Source: Schizochytrium sp. TIO01 (taxonomy: Eukaryota > Protista > Bigyra: Labyrinthulomycetes). Taken from it: 64,000 nt of DNA. Each line of letters opens with the position of its first letter. The stretch's first letter is position 1. The stretch lies in contig SMSO01000031.1 of the NCBI GenBank assembly GCA_004764695.1, forward strand, positions 4,874,436 to 4,938,435, in the 5' to 3' direction. Position numbers and translations under genes: made by a program. This document shows, one piece after another, positions 33,001-44,265 of the stretch. The notes under the pieces are model-generated. The model worked only from the letters and a program-made list of their open reading frames with translations, was not told where the DNA came from and searched no databases.

Positions 33001-35336
33001 AGATCTACGACTTTAATATTTGCGAATGAGGCTTCAAATACAGGAAACGAATTCGTAATTTCTTCTTCATTCAGACCAGCATCTCGATAGCAATTCATTA
33101 AAAATGCACATGAGGCCTCAAGTGTATTGCGAGCTGTGACAACGCTGTCGATAGACTGCAAAGCCCAATCTCGGGTGAGACATTGTTCGCATGCCCTTTC
33201 GAGTTTTTCCAAATGAAAAATCATTGTTGTAGCTGCAACCCGTAAGACTGTCATGAAGCTTTCCTGGTTCTGTAAGTGGGGTAGCTGGGCAGCCAAAAGA
33301 TCACCCACAATGCAATTCTCCTGGTCAAATAGATAGCTCAAAGCCGTAGCACCCCCTCCACTAGCATGCTGAGAATCAAGACAGGTCAAGATGATTTCAT
33401 TCAATTCTGATGTAGACAATAAACCGAGATGGCGACTTACAAGTTCCGCCCACACGCGACGAGCAAGTTCAAAGTTTACGTCTCTTTGCAAAGTTGCATG
33501 CATGGTTTTTCTAAACCAACTGTATACTCTGGCATGGTTTGCTGACGTAAGAAGTGCACCAGCATTACATGCCATTAGGCACAGCATTCGAAGACCAATA
33601 TGCTGTACTTGGGTGGTGGAATGCCCCATCATGGTATCCATTACCTCAGAAATGGACGTTTGATCTGCCACATCAGGTGAAGCAAGTATAGCTGAAGTTG
33701 CGAGGAGTGCCACACTTTCAGAGGTTGCAAGACCTACATCATCTAATTTTCCAAGCAAATCCCAGAGAGCAATACATGCGGCTTCCTTAGATTCGCTCAT
33801 TGAGCTAAAGACTTGTGCTGCGAGGTCTGTATTGAAATTGGCCGATTCAAGATCTGTTTCTGGACCCCAAATACAGATAAGAGCTACATCAGCGGCAGCG
33901 CGCCGAATCTCGTCGTTATAGGCTGCTGAGTCGGAGAGTGTACCTTCTTCCGTATCAATATTCTCTTGCGATTCCTTGAATAGAATTTGGCCGATCGTGC
34001 TAAGACATTTTGTGGAAAGTGCGTCCCGGAGTGCTTCCGAACTCAAGAGTAAAAACTTCGCCGCAAGCAGGCCTGCGTAACGTCTTCCCCACAATGTCGA
34101 TGCACCCATATTCCGAACGGCATCAGTAGCTCCAATCTGTAAATCTTTGCCCAGGGTCGTCTGGGCAAACATAAAGCAGAGCGCGTCAATAACTTGCAGA
34201 GCGCACGGACTACCATGTGCGTTTGCTGTGGCAATGGCAAGAAGACGTGCACAGGATTCTCGAACAGGTGCAACCACACTATCTGCAGCATAATCGCCAA
34301 AGCGGTCCATCCCAAGAACACTAAGACAACGAACCGCAAGGTCTTCCAGGCACGTCGGGTGCCACTCTGAATGCGGGGAAAGAAATGCTCCGAGAGCTGT
34401 TGCAGAACCGTGTCTGGCTTCCCAGCGATCACTTAAGAGATGTTGCGCAAGAACGATCCATACTCCTGCAGCTTGAGAAGCAGCAGTTTTACCTTTGAAA
34501 GATGATTCCGCGACAAGTTTCTTGAGATCATCCTCCATGTCGGTGGCGTTGCCTGATGACCTTGCTGCAATTTGGACACGAGCTTGAGCAATTTCACGCG
34601 CGCTTCGTTTCAAGCCTCGTGCCCTTGCATCGTTTTTTGATGATCTTGCGGATGTGCTACTAACGCTTTGGCTCGATGTTTGGGACGAAGCTGTAATAGA
34701 AAGAAGGTCAGCCACACCAGGGTTGGTTGTGAGAGTCTCGTCGCGTTCTTCGTCAGATTCCGCATCCAGATCATCGTCGTCAACAAGATCTTCATCATCA
34801 GGAACTGTATTGCCAGGATCGTAAGCGGCCAGTCGAAGATTGCGCAGTACCTCTGCGCGTTCTCGTTGAAGGTCCTTGTCAATCTGCGTTGGAGCTCCAC
34901 GTCGACGTTTAATGGCGCGAGAGAGCAAGGGCTTAGCGTGTTTGAAGATAAGGTCTAGATCTACGCGCTCAAAAGAAAGCAAATTTATCCGTGCTTTGAC
35001 CCGATCAATCATTTTTTTACTTTCTTGCATATCATTTAGTAATGGGGATAACGCAACTTCGAGTGTTGCAGCCGCTGCCATGCGGGATTCCCAAGCATTG
35101 CTTACACATATAGTACAAATTTCTGCGAAGGCCCAAGAAATAAGCCCAGGATCGTATGTCGCTTCGGTATCCTCGCTAAGCGCATTTGCTAGTTCTGAAC
35201 CAAGCTGCGATGCAGCAGTTTCTCTGGCTACCGCACTACGAGCTGCGTTTCGTAATATGGTGGTTGCAAAGCGTTCAGTGACAACCCATTTATCATGAAT
35301 AAGCCAATAATATAATACATTCCAGAGACATTTCAT
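30039..35336 (-). CDS. BTAF1: TBP-associated factor BTAF1/Mot1 (HEAT repeats + SNF2 ATPase); true 5' end probably lies in an upstream exon
   Basis: WEARHG, EDLAVRCLSVLGMDRFGDYAADSVVAPVRESCA, LRSYQREGVCWLAFL, LCDDLGLGKT, DEAH, LWSVFDFLMPGYLG, LPPKIVQD, RLDGS, TTKVGGQGLNLTGA and EHDWNPMNDLQAMDRAHRLGQ. The first ~30 codons are AT-rich and intron-like, with a candidate acceptor ACGCAG near 35243. Confidence 0.93.
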   Translation of the reverse strand: MKCLWNVLYYWLIHDKWVVTERFATTILRNAARSAVARETAASQLGSELANALSEDTEATYDPGLISWAFAEICTICVSNAWESRMAAAATLEVALSPLLNDMQESKKMIDRVKARINLLSFERVDLDLIFKHAKPLLSRAIKRRRGAPTQIDKDLQRERAEVLRNLRLAAYDPGNTVPDDEDLVDDDDLDAESDEERDETLTTNPGVADLLSITASSQTSSQSVSSTSARSSKNDARARGLKRSAREIAQARVQIAARSSGNATDMEDDLKKLVAESSFKGKTAASQAAGVWIVLAQHLLSDRWEARHGSATALGAFLSPHSEWHPTCLEDLAVRCLSVLGMDRFGDYAADSVVAPVRESCARLLAIATANAHGSPCALQVIDALCFMFAQTTLGKDLQIGATDAVRNMGASTLWGRRYAGLLAAKFLLLSSEALRDALSTKCLSTIGQILFKESQENIDTEEGTLSDSAAYNDEIRRAAADVALICIWGPETDLESANFNTDLAAQVFSSMSESKEAACIALWDLLGKLDDVGLATSESVALLATSAILASPDVADQTSISEVMDTMMGHSTTQVQHIGLRMLCLMACNAGALLTSANHARVYSWFRKTMHATLQRDVNFELARRVWAELVSRHLGLLSTSELNEIILTCLDSQHASGGGATALSYLFDQENCIVGDLLAAQLPHLQNQESFMTVLRVAATTMIFHLEKLERACEQCLTRDWALQSIDSVVTARNTLEASCAFLMNCYRDAGLNEEEITNSFPVFEASFANIKVVDLAHDFVENTVQKWVTQLPEPESREDARRWNETTAGARDHALGCIQGLSAALASAQVRQEALFQVAKVRALSSDDPFVGEVGPFLKPLIPALLHETQGVEHETLAHGLATLLGKIVDESKTKARTKASKKLLTATWPRAESFFRYLVTLYPDTDMLWNLLPEMDERLRASEPCAIWACATFAKEITMPKALQYLRNSLLNLVTTESGILDPITGLICALNSWDDLAAATWDCIHQVILPIIEDTSQTEDARASGLTLIANLVNDRVDPSLRFLPFSAGLVPIIMPLLHDASSEKVRDLSARILAMLIQVAPIERNAHMPESITYIHEVNQCKSLRRKGHEFLDTLLAGASSEHDALGVLGYARNAGIELRSYQREGVCWLAFLAKHGLSGALCDDLGLGKTLMALTLMTSLADRKTPECSLVVCPSSLTGHWCEEIHRWYHDSLRAFAYVGDPRDRGMELVRLLQFMADPGNASTHAVMVVSYNVLTRDVDRIVRTGLQWRLMVIDEAHSIRNPYTSAAEKCKQIGASAVHRLAITGTPVHNDVLDLWSVFDFLMPGYLGDVSSFEQNVAKPVRASRAILAKDSVSLQAAEDEEGDGISSGTSAPVTSSKMTKREQQRELESIRAAEALEGLRRKILPFLLRRTKEAVLQDLPPKIVQDLITDMAPVQARLYAALKGDVRAAEKDALGHTARLLMACTHPLLSLRSMKRHTKDRLQRRLLEAKLSSAQEDGYRASGKFRALVDLLRNVVLPSVSTATGVGDARLSSMVSDEDSSSSALDSKGQDATTNADLPAKALVFTQWTGTLDLIEEQVLQGALHGALGFLRLDGSIAAHDRQAIVNRFNTEPGIQVLLATTKVGGQGLNLTGANVVIFVEHDWNPMNDLQAMDRAHRLGQLRAVNVYRLLSRYTVEERVLGLQRFKQHVADRVVDSANSNVDSMRTDEILQALDLPDSMADSLDKVHEEIDPHDTEYKDFDVAAFVQKLDGGIM

Positions 35337-36152
35337 GTCACGTCAGTGCGTGTATTTGTTTAAAAAAATTGTCAAATGTGTTGCGTACGTTTCAAAGTGA
35401 ATTCAACAGAGTGTTATTTTATTAGTGCTCCGCTCACCACCACAAGTTCATCGTTCTACTCTTCAAAAACATATCCATGGTCCTCCTTCGCTAGCTCGTC
35501 GTAACCTTTTTGCAAGTTATAATAATTGCGTCACTTTCAACTCTCGGCGTGAAGCTTAAACGAGCCATCTCTCCTTTGGAGGCTCGACTGGGCTTGATTG
35601 TTGCGAAGTTTCTTGAGACTTGCGTTCATCCGTACATCCAACCCCAGTCGTGTGGTCCAAGCTGATGTTCACCTCAGACGCCTAGGTTTGCGGTGCTTCC
35701 AGAACCTACACTGAAGCAGCTGCACGAGGCGTCGCCACGCAGGTTTCCGCGCAGTGGCCATATTCGCTCCGTGAAATCGAGTTTGTACAAACCGGATTGA
35801 CCCTCAAAATAAAATCACAAACCATCAAAACCGAAGCTTATTTCAATGCAATTTTTCGTTTAATTTATAGTTGCTCCAGACATCTATCTCTTCATATATG
35901 ACTTCTGTGCTTGTAGAGACTCTTCTCCTGACGGCTGTCTTGCCGAGAAGACGAGTTTGTTCATATTTTTGCTGTAATGTATTTTATACTTTGTTTTTTT
36001 GCGAGGTATAGGTTACCATCGTACAAACTGCAATTCGATTTGATGATGAATTCGTATTCAATAGATTAAAAATAATCGTTCGAGCTAGAATTTATCAATA
36101 AAAATCGGCAGCTCACGACTCAAACCAGGTACTCATAAGCTCAACCTTCACA

Positions 36153-37103
36153 ATGAGAGCCGGCCTTGCGTGGTGGCCTGCGCTTCTGCGATGGTTGGTG
36201 GCTCAGGAAGCCGATGTTCCTTCTCCTGAGCTCTGGGAGCCTCGCATGGCTCCATCCACTTTCATGGCTTCTGGTCATGGTGAGTCAGGTGGCACTTGCG
36301 AAGGCTCTGCTGCCAGTGAGACTGCTGTAGAACAGTGCAGAGGGACCTCTCCTGCGAAAACAGGGGGCGTTGGAGACGACGATATGGAAGTTTCTTCAGG
36401 TGTAGGCCTCTTTGCCACGGACAGGATCGAAGTCCACGAAACTTTATTCGAACTACCGCCTTCGATATTTGTCAAAGGTGACCGCTGGGAGCTTGCAGAA
36501 TGGCTTGTGCGTGAAAATCTTACACTCGAAGTGATCCGTGTGCAGCAAGAAGTGTGCGAGAGTCGGCCTGAGGACTGTGCTGAAATGGGCGAGCTGGCCG
36601 AAGATGATGTTCTTGAAGCAGAGACCTGGAAACCATACTTAGACAGCCTACCACAAACTCATGAAAGGTTACCGCTTGGGAATGTATTCCTGCAGGCAGT
36701 TGCAGCTGATGATCCTCGTGAGCGGACCATGGAGGCTTCTGATCCAATCATCCGTGACGCTGTGGACTTTATGCCGGACTGGATGCACGAGATTGAGGAC
36801 GGTTTGGGACGATGGCTTTTTGCGAATGCCCTTGTCGTCAGTCGCCTTCACAAAGTTTGGTATCGAGATATCTTTGGCGACTGGGAATTGACTACTGCGC
36901 TTGTGCCTCTTGCGGACTTAATCAACGCGCCCGCCCCTGGCCAGAAGGCCAATGTTCTCTGCGAGACAAGTCGAAAGTCTGGGTTCTTTGTCTGCAAGTC
37001 AACGGTCGAGATTCCGCCTGGGGAGCAACTGGTTGTGCACTATGGCGACCCCGATGCATCTCGAGAGAGCTTAATCTCTACATTTGGTCTGCTGCTCGGA
37101 TAG
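36153..37103 (+). CDS. SET-domain protein (Rubisco-LSMT/SETD3-like methyltransferase family)
   Basis: LLRWL..., GVGLFAT..I, WKPYLDSLP, A..LVVSR, ALVPLADLIN and IPPGEQLVVHYG motifs. Confidence 0.8.
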   Translation: MRAGLAWWPALLRWLVAQEADVPSPELWEPRMAPSTFMASGHGESGGTCEGSAASETAVEQCRGTSPAKTGGVGDDDMEVSSGVGLFATDRIEVHETLFELPPSIFVKGDRWELAEWLVRENLTLEVIRVQQEVCESRPEDCAEMGELAEDDVLEAETWKPYLDSLPQTHERLPLGNVFLQAVAADDPRERTMEASDPIIRDAVDFMPDWMHEIEDGLGRWLFANALVVSRLHKVWYRDIFGDWELTTALVPLADLINAPAPGQKANVLCETSRKSGFFVCKSTVEIPPGEQLVVHYGDPDASRESLISTFGLLLG

Positions 37104-38060
37104 TTATCTGATATATTGCTCTCGTAACTGGGCCACTGTTTATGCATGCATTTCGTTCAAATTATTATTTTGATTTTGAGTTCATCAGCGGGCTTCACGT
37201 CCTGCGTTTGCTAGACGAGTGTCTGCATACCATTGTGTAAAATATAAATATTTGATACCTTGCAAGTCATGTCTAAACCTTTGCTTACGTCACTTAAGGA
37301 AAAAGCATCTCTCCAAACAACCCTCATCACACCGTTCCCGTTCAGATGACTTTATTCTACAATAGTGTAACCAAGTATTATCAAGACAGATAAGTGGCTT
37401 CATCAACATTTCTAAAGTGGTTCTAATAATGATAGCCAGCACAATTGCGAGTACTCCCGCACATAAGTTGGGTGTGGTTAGTCATTTTTAATTTCCTTTG
37501 TTGCACAGGTCGTATCAGTTGCTCCGCGTAGTTTTCTTGACCATATTTTACTTTATTCTTCAGAGTCTTTGTTGCCCTCCTCATCAAAATCTTTTCTTCA
37601 TTTGTCTTCAATCAAGCTATCAGCTAGATTAGCAATTCTAAGGTTACCTTTCACATCGTTGAAATATATATATTTCCCAGGCAGCCTCGGACAACACAAC
37701 ATCTCAGCGATCTTGAAGTCGTACGAGTGAAGCTGTTGTGAAGTCTTCCTTGCAGTTCTGTTCTCTTCAACGATCATAATAACAACATAAAGAAAGAATT
37801 TGCCAATACCATAAGTCTGTCTACCTAGAACCCTAATTACTCCTACCTAACTCTCTCATTTCCTTAATCCCCTCAATTATGAAAAGAACTTGAACTCGGC
37901 AAGTCAATAATTTAATTGCAATCTTCTTTCCCGGTCGGACGCCCCATTGTCCTCGAGGCAGAGCTCGATCCCAGCGTCGTTAGTGTCTCGTTTGCGCTAC
38001 TTTCGTCACAATCTTTCCTCTGCGCGCTAACCTTGTCTCTCGCTGCGAGGATACTTTACC

Positions 38061-38945
38061 ATGAGCGGATCCGGCGCCCATGCGTCTCAGCGCGATTATG
38101 CGGATCTCGAGGCAAACAAGCCTCTCCGCAACAGCGACCACCATCGGTCTGACAACAGCTTTGTTCCGACAGCCGAACCTGTGGGAGCAGCTGGCTACTC
38201 CAACTTCAACCCAAGCTCTTCCTCGGGCCACCATTTCTCTGGCGGCGATGGCGCTGACCGCTTCACAGAGGCCATCGAGGCGTACGATGTTGTCGTGCGC
38301 CACGGCTTCGTACGCAAAGTATTTGGCATCCTCTTTGTGCAACTACTCGTAACCTTTGGATTTGTGCTTGCGTGCACTTACAACGCCTCCACCAAGCGCT
38401 ATATGCTCGAAAACAGCGGCGTCCCCGCCACACTGGGCCTTATCTTGCCACTTGGAGCTCTTTTGGGATTAATGTGTTGCGGTGAAGGTGGGCGAAGGTA
38501 CCCTTTGAATTACTGCCTTTTAGCTGTTCTCACGCTCGGAGAAAGTCTTCTTTTGGGCCTTGTAGCTGCTACTTATGAGGCCGAGGTCGTGGCCATGGCA
38601 GTTGGCACAACGGTGGCTGTTGTTGGTCTCTTGGGGCTTTTTGCTTCTCAGACTAAGTATGACTTCACTGGCGCTGGACCGTATCTTGCGATGGCACTCT
38701 GGGTAATGATCCTTTATGCGTTGATTGGAAGCCTCTTTGGCCTTCAGGGAGGCCGCATTTATGCGGTGTTTGGCACTCTGTTGTTCTCAGCGTACCTCAT
38801 TTACGATGTCCAGCTAATCGTGGGTGGCAAGCACACAAGGTTCTCATTCAGCATTGATGACTATGTCCTCGCTAGCATTTCGGTTTACCTTGATGTCATT
38901 AATATCTTCCTTTACATCCTTCAGCTCCTGGGTGACCGGAATTAG
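38061..38945 (+). CDS. Bax inhibitor-1/TMBIM family membrane protein, lifeguard subfamily
   Basis: VRHGFVRKVFGILFVQLLVT, RRYPLNY, FASQTKYDFT, YLIYDVQLIVGG and DDYVLASISVYLDVINIF; about seven hydrophobic segments. Confidence 0.93.
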   Translation: MSGSGAHASQRDYADLEANKPLRNSDHHRSDNSFVPTAEPVGAAGYSNFNPSSSSGHHFSGGDGADRFTEAIEAYDVVVRHGFVRKVFGILFVQLLVTFGFVLACTYNASTKRYMLENSGVPATLGLILPLGALLGLMCCGEGGRRYPLNYCLLAVLTLGESLLLGLVAATYEAEVVAMAVGTTVAVVGLLGLFASQTKYDFTGAGPYLAMALWVMILYALIGSLFGLQGGRIYAVFGTLLFSAYLIYDVQLIVGGKHTRFSFSIDDYVLASISVYLDVINIFLYILQLLGDRN

Positions 38946-39539
38946 TTTGAATGATCACCATGTCACAATGCAAGCAAGAGATGTCTTCGCGCCGAACTCT
39001 ATTAGTGGCAGCTCTAGTTTGGATCTTGTTTGTGGCGATAACCGTGCGGGTATCATGCTCGAATTACTCAAAAATCTAATCTAGTTAATCATTCAATATT
39101 CATTTGTTTCATTTAATCGTTGGAGATGACATTCATGATATCCCCCCCCCCCCCCAAAAAAAAGAAGTAAAACCAGTACCTACGAGGTGTGAATCGCCGG
39201 TAATTGTACTTTTTAATGCTAGCACTTGAAGTAGGTGCCAAAGGGACAGTGCTCAGGCGAGGAGCAAGTATTGTCTGATCCTGAGCATAATTATAGATGT
39301 AGAAGAACAACAACCAACAAAGATCAAGGACTAGTGATCGGAACCTTCAGTGAAGGGAGGAATTTGATTGGCATGGCACGTATAAGCAATGCCGACAAAA
39401 AATAGCAAGCAAAGCATTGTACGTGATATTCATAAACGAAAAGAAGCAGGAGAATCGTGCAATTGACATAAAAGAAACAACAAGCTGGGTGGTAGTATTT
39501 AAGTGAGTGAAAGAATTTATGATCAAAAAGTGGGAGTGC

Positions 39540-40742
39540 TTAGTACTCGACCATGTTGCCGAAGATAAGGTCAACCTTGTCCTGGTTCTTGGCCTCGAGG
39601 ATGCGGGTGACCGGGATGTGCTTGTTAAGGCCCTCATCGGCGATGTACTGATCAGCGAAGGCCATAGCCTTGGACTTTTCCTCCGAGGAAGCGGAAGCGC
39701 CAACCCAGATCCAGATACCAACGTTGGCGTGGAGGAGGAAGACATCCTGGGACTCGAGCATGTTCCACTTAACCTTGCCCTCGTTCTCGAGAGTCATCTT
39801 GACGGAGCCAGACTCGTCAGAGATGCGGAACAGCTTGATGGAATCAGCGTCAAGGGCCTCGTCCTTGCCAGCCTCATCCTCGGAGAGGGCGTAGGGGGAG
39901 TCAGCAGGGCTGACATCATCGATGGAGCCACCAAGGATCGACCAGAACTCGTCGTCCACAACGTTGACCTTGCGGGCCTTGCCGTTGCGGGAAGCAACAA
40001 TGTTGCTCTGAAGGTTGGCACCCTTGCTCTTCTCGAAGGCGTTGGAGTCATCACCAACCCAGAGGTAGATCTTAAGGCCGGCATCAAGGATGAAGACATC
40101 ACCGTGGTTAAGGTTGGAGGCGGCAACGGGCACCTGGAATGCACGGGTGGTGCGCTTGGTGCGGCGGACCATAAGGAGGCGGGGCTCGTACTCCTCGGGC
40201 TTCACATTGCGGAATCCAGAAGGGTGGCCGCCGTTGAGGTACACGATCTCCTTGAAGTAGGACTGGAAGAGACGGCTCTCAGATCCCTGGAGCTCACGGT
40301 GCTGGATGGGGCCATCGTCGAGAAGGTCATCAATCTCGACAGTCTTGTAGGCAGCAACACCGATCTCGTCCTGGGAGGACTCGTTACCAAGCCAGAAGTG
40401 CACATCCCAGGCGAGCTTGTCAGTGGCCTTGCCAGACTCATCCTTGGCCTTGTAGGTGTTGAGCACGATGTAAGAGTCGCCCATGAAGAACTGGCCAACG
40501 TCATCGTGATCAAGACGCTTCACGCCGAAGTCAGGTGTGTCAGCATCGGTACGCTTGTTCTCAACACGCCATACCTCGAGGCCGACCTTGGAACCAGCGC
40601 CACGGAACTCAGCGTCGCTGCCAGCAGCAGCCTTGCGCAGGCCACGGTTTTCGGCAGAGCCGATGCCAGCAATGTTGGAGTCCTCGAGGGAGGCCTGGCC
40701 AACATCGCCGTTCTCATCGCGACCGAACTCATCGACGGACAT
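39540..40742 (-). CDS. Gelsolin family actin-severing protein (three-domain severin/fragmin type)
   Basis: DSNIAGIGS, GLEVWRVEN, GQFFMGDSYIVL, DVHFWLGNESSQDEIGVAAYKTVEIDD, QHRELQGSES, SNLNHGDVFILDAG and IWIWVG. Strong C-ending codon bias. Confidence 0.95.
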   Translation of the reverse strand: MSVDEFGRDENGDVGQASLEDSNIAGIGSAENRGLRKAAAGSDAEFRGAGSKVGLEVWRVENKRTDADTPDFGVKRLDHDDVGQFFMGDSYIVLNTYKAKDESGKATDKLAWDVHFWLGNESSQDEIGVAAYKTVEIDDLLDDGPIQHRELQGSESRLFQSYFKEIVYLNGGHPSGFRNVKPEEYEPRLLMVRRTKRTTRAFQVPVAASNLNHGDVFILDAGLKIYLWVGDDSNAFEKSKGANLQSNIVASRNGKARKVNVVDDEFWSILGGSIDDVSPADSPYALSEDEAGKDEALDADSIKLFRISDESGSVKMTLENEGKVKWNMLESQDVFLLHANVGIWIWVGASASSEEKSKAMAFADQYIADEGLNKHIPVTRILEAKNQDKVDLIFGNMVEY

Positions 40743-40770
40743 TTTTTCGGATTAAGGTTGTAGTTGACTT

Positions 40771-41642
40771 CTACAAATTCAAACTAGTACTGCTGATTGG
40801 TGATGCGAATTATACATAATGTTAGTCTCGACAGTTGCTTCACTTTAAGAATCACAATATCAGAGGGTCAACTCCATTCTGTTGCTTTGCTCATGATTTC
40901 TTCACAATAGTCATTTGATCCGTGCTAGCCTATGCTCTATACTTAGTCCTAAAGGATTCGCAACTAGGCACTGCGCTTTTCGCTGTTTAACACAAGGAGA
41001 ATTCTTAGAAAGTAGGTAATAGATGTGTGCAACATGTGCACATATCTATTGACAGGCTACTTGCACGTGCGCTACCTAACTAAGATAAATTCACCTCACT
41101 ACGCAGTCTTGACGTATGGGGGCGTATTGGCTCTCATGAGTGCAGAAGTACCCAACCATTTATTGCTGCGCGAGGATACGCTGTGTACAACTGCATCTTC
41201 GTGTTTGCACAAACTATCTGTACTTGCTTTCCATTAAAAACTCTTCTTACCAACAGAAAGAATAAACAGCTATTTGCACAAACGAATTTGCAAATACACG
41301 TTCGACGTGCAACAAACCAGTTGATACTACCAACCTTCTGGCTTGCCACAAGCGCCCGTCCCGTCACAGTGCACCTAGATTCATCTCAGTAGCAGCGAGT
41401 GCCGATAGAGAAACAAACAAAGAGAGTACTGGCTGGGCTCTTCGTAGACAAACACCAGAGCATTGCAATGCCGCGGAACAGTGAGGAAGGGAGCTGACGC
41501 GAACTAAGCGAGGGCTGATCCAGACGCAAAGGGCAACAGCTAGCAGTCGAAGCACAGGCGCATAGCGCGAAGAAGAGGTATGACAACAGCAAGAAGCGTC
41601 AAAGCGAATAGGAGCTCGCTGTTGTTGCAGGTATTCACGTAC
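40771..41642 (-). other. Putative 5'-UTR intron of the gelsolin gene
   Basis: On the minus strand: donor AAG|GTACGT at 41642, branch-like ACTAAC at 40821-40826, and acceptor TTGTAG| at 40771, about 28 nt upstream of the ATG. Confidence 0.5.
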
Positions 41643-44217
41643 CTTGAGGCGGTTGATTTGGATTTGCTTTGCCCAAAAAGGATGAGTTCGCAGACTCCTC
41701 ATCTCCACCCTCCCTCGCTCCGCAAGGCGAAAGAGGGTGTCCCACAGTAACAATCCTTTTCTCCTCCTCCCCTCTCATGAAAAGTGCGCACAAGGACTTT
41801 TATGCCTAGTGTATGCCACTCATCTCTTCCCCCATAGAAGAGTCAAATTAGGACACTTTTTCAACACAAAACAATCCATCCTACGATCTATTTATCGCTC
41901 ACTGTGGGGAAAGTTGTAGACACATACACTGACCTAAAAAACTCAAGTCTTGATTGGAGATATTTGATTTTAAGGCCCTGGAGCTTCTGAGAGGCCACAC
42001 TGGGATTGAAATGAAAGGTGTGCGCCGTGGAGCGCGTGCATTGCACGCAGGGGGTAGTCAGCGTCTTAATGAAAATTGGAAAGAAGTAGCCGGAGTGAAG
42101 GCGTCCCCTCACAAGGAGTTCCCAGTGGGGCGCTGGATTATTTCTTTTCTCCTCTTCTTTCATTGTTTGCTATTTTACTTGATTTATTTGATTTATTTTA
42201 AATCAAAGAGAAAAGGAAAAGGAAAAGGATCGAAGAGGGCACAATCAATCTCTAAGAGCTCTTCTCCTTTTTGAAACTTGAGAAAAAATATTAATATTTT
42301 AATTCCCTTTTCAGGTTAAAAAGAATGAATACCGAAAGTTATTCTCTATTCGTGTTGATTAATGATATGGTGGCGACGAAGGGGGGATACACGTTATCCT
42401 GTTTCCGGGCTAGCCCCGTGCTAGCGCCATGAAGGGGGTGGTGCGCCCTACTCGGTTCGGTTGGTGTTGTTTCAATAAAAAGCAGAAAGCATGAGGTAAA
42501 CGGGTGAGAGGAAGTTTTCATTCCCTTCGTTTTAAATTTATATAGATAGAGAGATAGACAGATATGAACACACCTCAATTTATTGGGGGACGGAGTTTAT
42601 TTATATTAATTAAAATTTAAAGTAAAAGGTTTGAAAAACAAATATCTTTCGTTATAAAATGTAGTTGATGAAAGTAAACATACAGTGAATATAACGCTAC
42701 GAGCATCGGCACTTATAATTTCGTGAACTCGACGTCCAGCCTCGCACACTATATATTGATGACTGAATTTGGTGTGTTTATTCTGGTACAGCTGGTTTTC
42801 GTTGCAGAGGATCATATAACTCACTGGCATAATAAACAACTCGGATATTTTTTGCTCGTGTTCTACCTACTTCTGGTTCCAGACGAGTGCTGCTTCTTGA
42901 TATGCCAGCTCGTCAATAGCTCGTTGACCTATCGCGTTTTTTAATAAAACGCACAAACTGTAGTCATACTTGAGCACTTTTTTACAAATTGTGTTTCTTG
43001 AAAGATTAACTATATAGTATGCGCTAAAAACAAAATGTACACAGCAGACTAGAATTCGCTAACTTCAACTTTGCTCCGTGGCCACACGCTGGGCCACATC
43101 AGGAAACCAGGAGCTCAAGAAAACAGTATTTATTTACCTCCTTCCTTTGTTGCAATCCACTATGAACCATGAGTGCCTTACCGCACGTCCAGGAAAAAAC
43201 AAAACAAAAAACTAATGACCGTAGCGAACAAGAAGCGGTCAAAATTAATTAAAAGCATATGAATCTAGATTATAGAAATGTTCAACAGCTGCTTCATTTT
43301 TTACATGAACGATGCGATATTTGATCTGAGGTGCGAACAAACTCTCTTTCAAAGGATATATAAGCATCGCTTCGTTAGGTAGGTAGGTACCTAGTGATCT
43401 TAAAAACTAGTATTTTGTTTTAAAAGAAAATAACAATACCTTAATGGAGGAAAGGGAAAGTGAAGATATTATCCCTGTTCCTTAATAGATGCAACTACTG
43501 CTGCCTGGATTGGATGGAACTCATTCAACGGAGGAAATTGGGAGCGCTTTTATCTAGCCAGCACGTAATGGTGGCTGTCTTCACAGCACATAAAATTAAT
43601 CAAATGGTCCTTTATTACCGACAGAGTAGTGATCACTCGATCGATATTCCAACAATGATTCAACATTTAGAATTGCTGTTTGCAGTGACATGCCATTCTC
43701 CTACACCCGAACTAAAGGTGCCTCTCATGGCGCAGTGTTCCGATTGACCTTCAAATTCAAAATAGTTTATTCTTACGAAGAAGCTGAGGTAAAGTGTTTT
43801 GCTTTAGTTGCATTAGAAAGTGACCTTGCAAGTTACAACGACGTGCACAGCCACCTCGAGTATCAGTCTAAATGTATAATTTTGCTAATTTAGCGACCCG
43901 ATGGACTTAATAAAGTGAAGTAAGCTATTGGTGATGAAGTTCGAGTTCAAGGTTAATGATGTTGCGGGTTATGTTAAGGATCCTGATGTCATCGGTTGAC
44001 CATGGAAAGTTTAGCCTGGGATTGCCATCCTTTACTCTCAATCTCGATGATCACGCTGCGCTGGACTCTGTAGTCAAACTGGCCACGAACCTACTCCAAG
44101 CTTGAGATTGACGCTAGAGGTATGGATCGCACTATGTCTCGGGTCTTTACATGTCAAACGCTAAGTTCTAAGCAATCTTGAAGAATCAATGTCCCGTGAG
44201 AACCACAACCTTATCTA

Positions 44218-44265
44218 TGAATGAATGAATGAATGAATGAATGAATGAATGAATGAATGAATGAA
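44218..44265. repeat. (TGAA)~12 microsatellite
   Basis: tgaatgaatgaa... perfect run. Confidence 0.95.

Noticed and set aside
39507-40763. 418-aa ORF antisense to the gelsolin gene
   Set aside because: It mirrors the gelsolin CDS and has no recognisable motifs. Strong codon bias in the real gene (few TTA/CTA/TCA codons) explains the absence of antisense stops.
43931-43986. GTGATGA...CTGA: possible C/D-box snoRNA
   Set aside because: Too short, no terminal stem and no recognisable rRNA-complementary guide.
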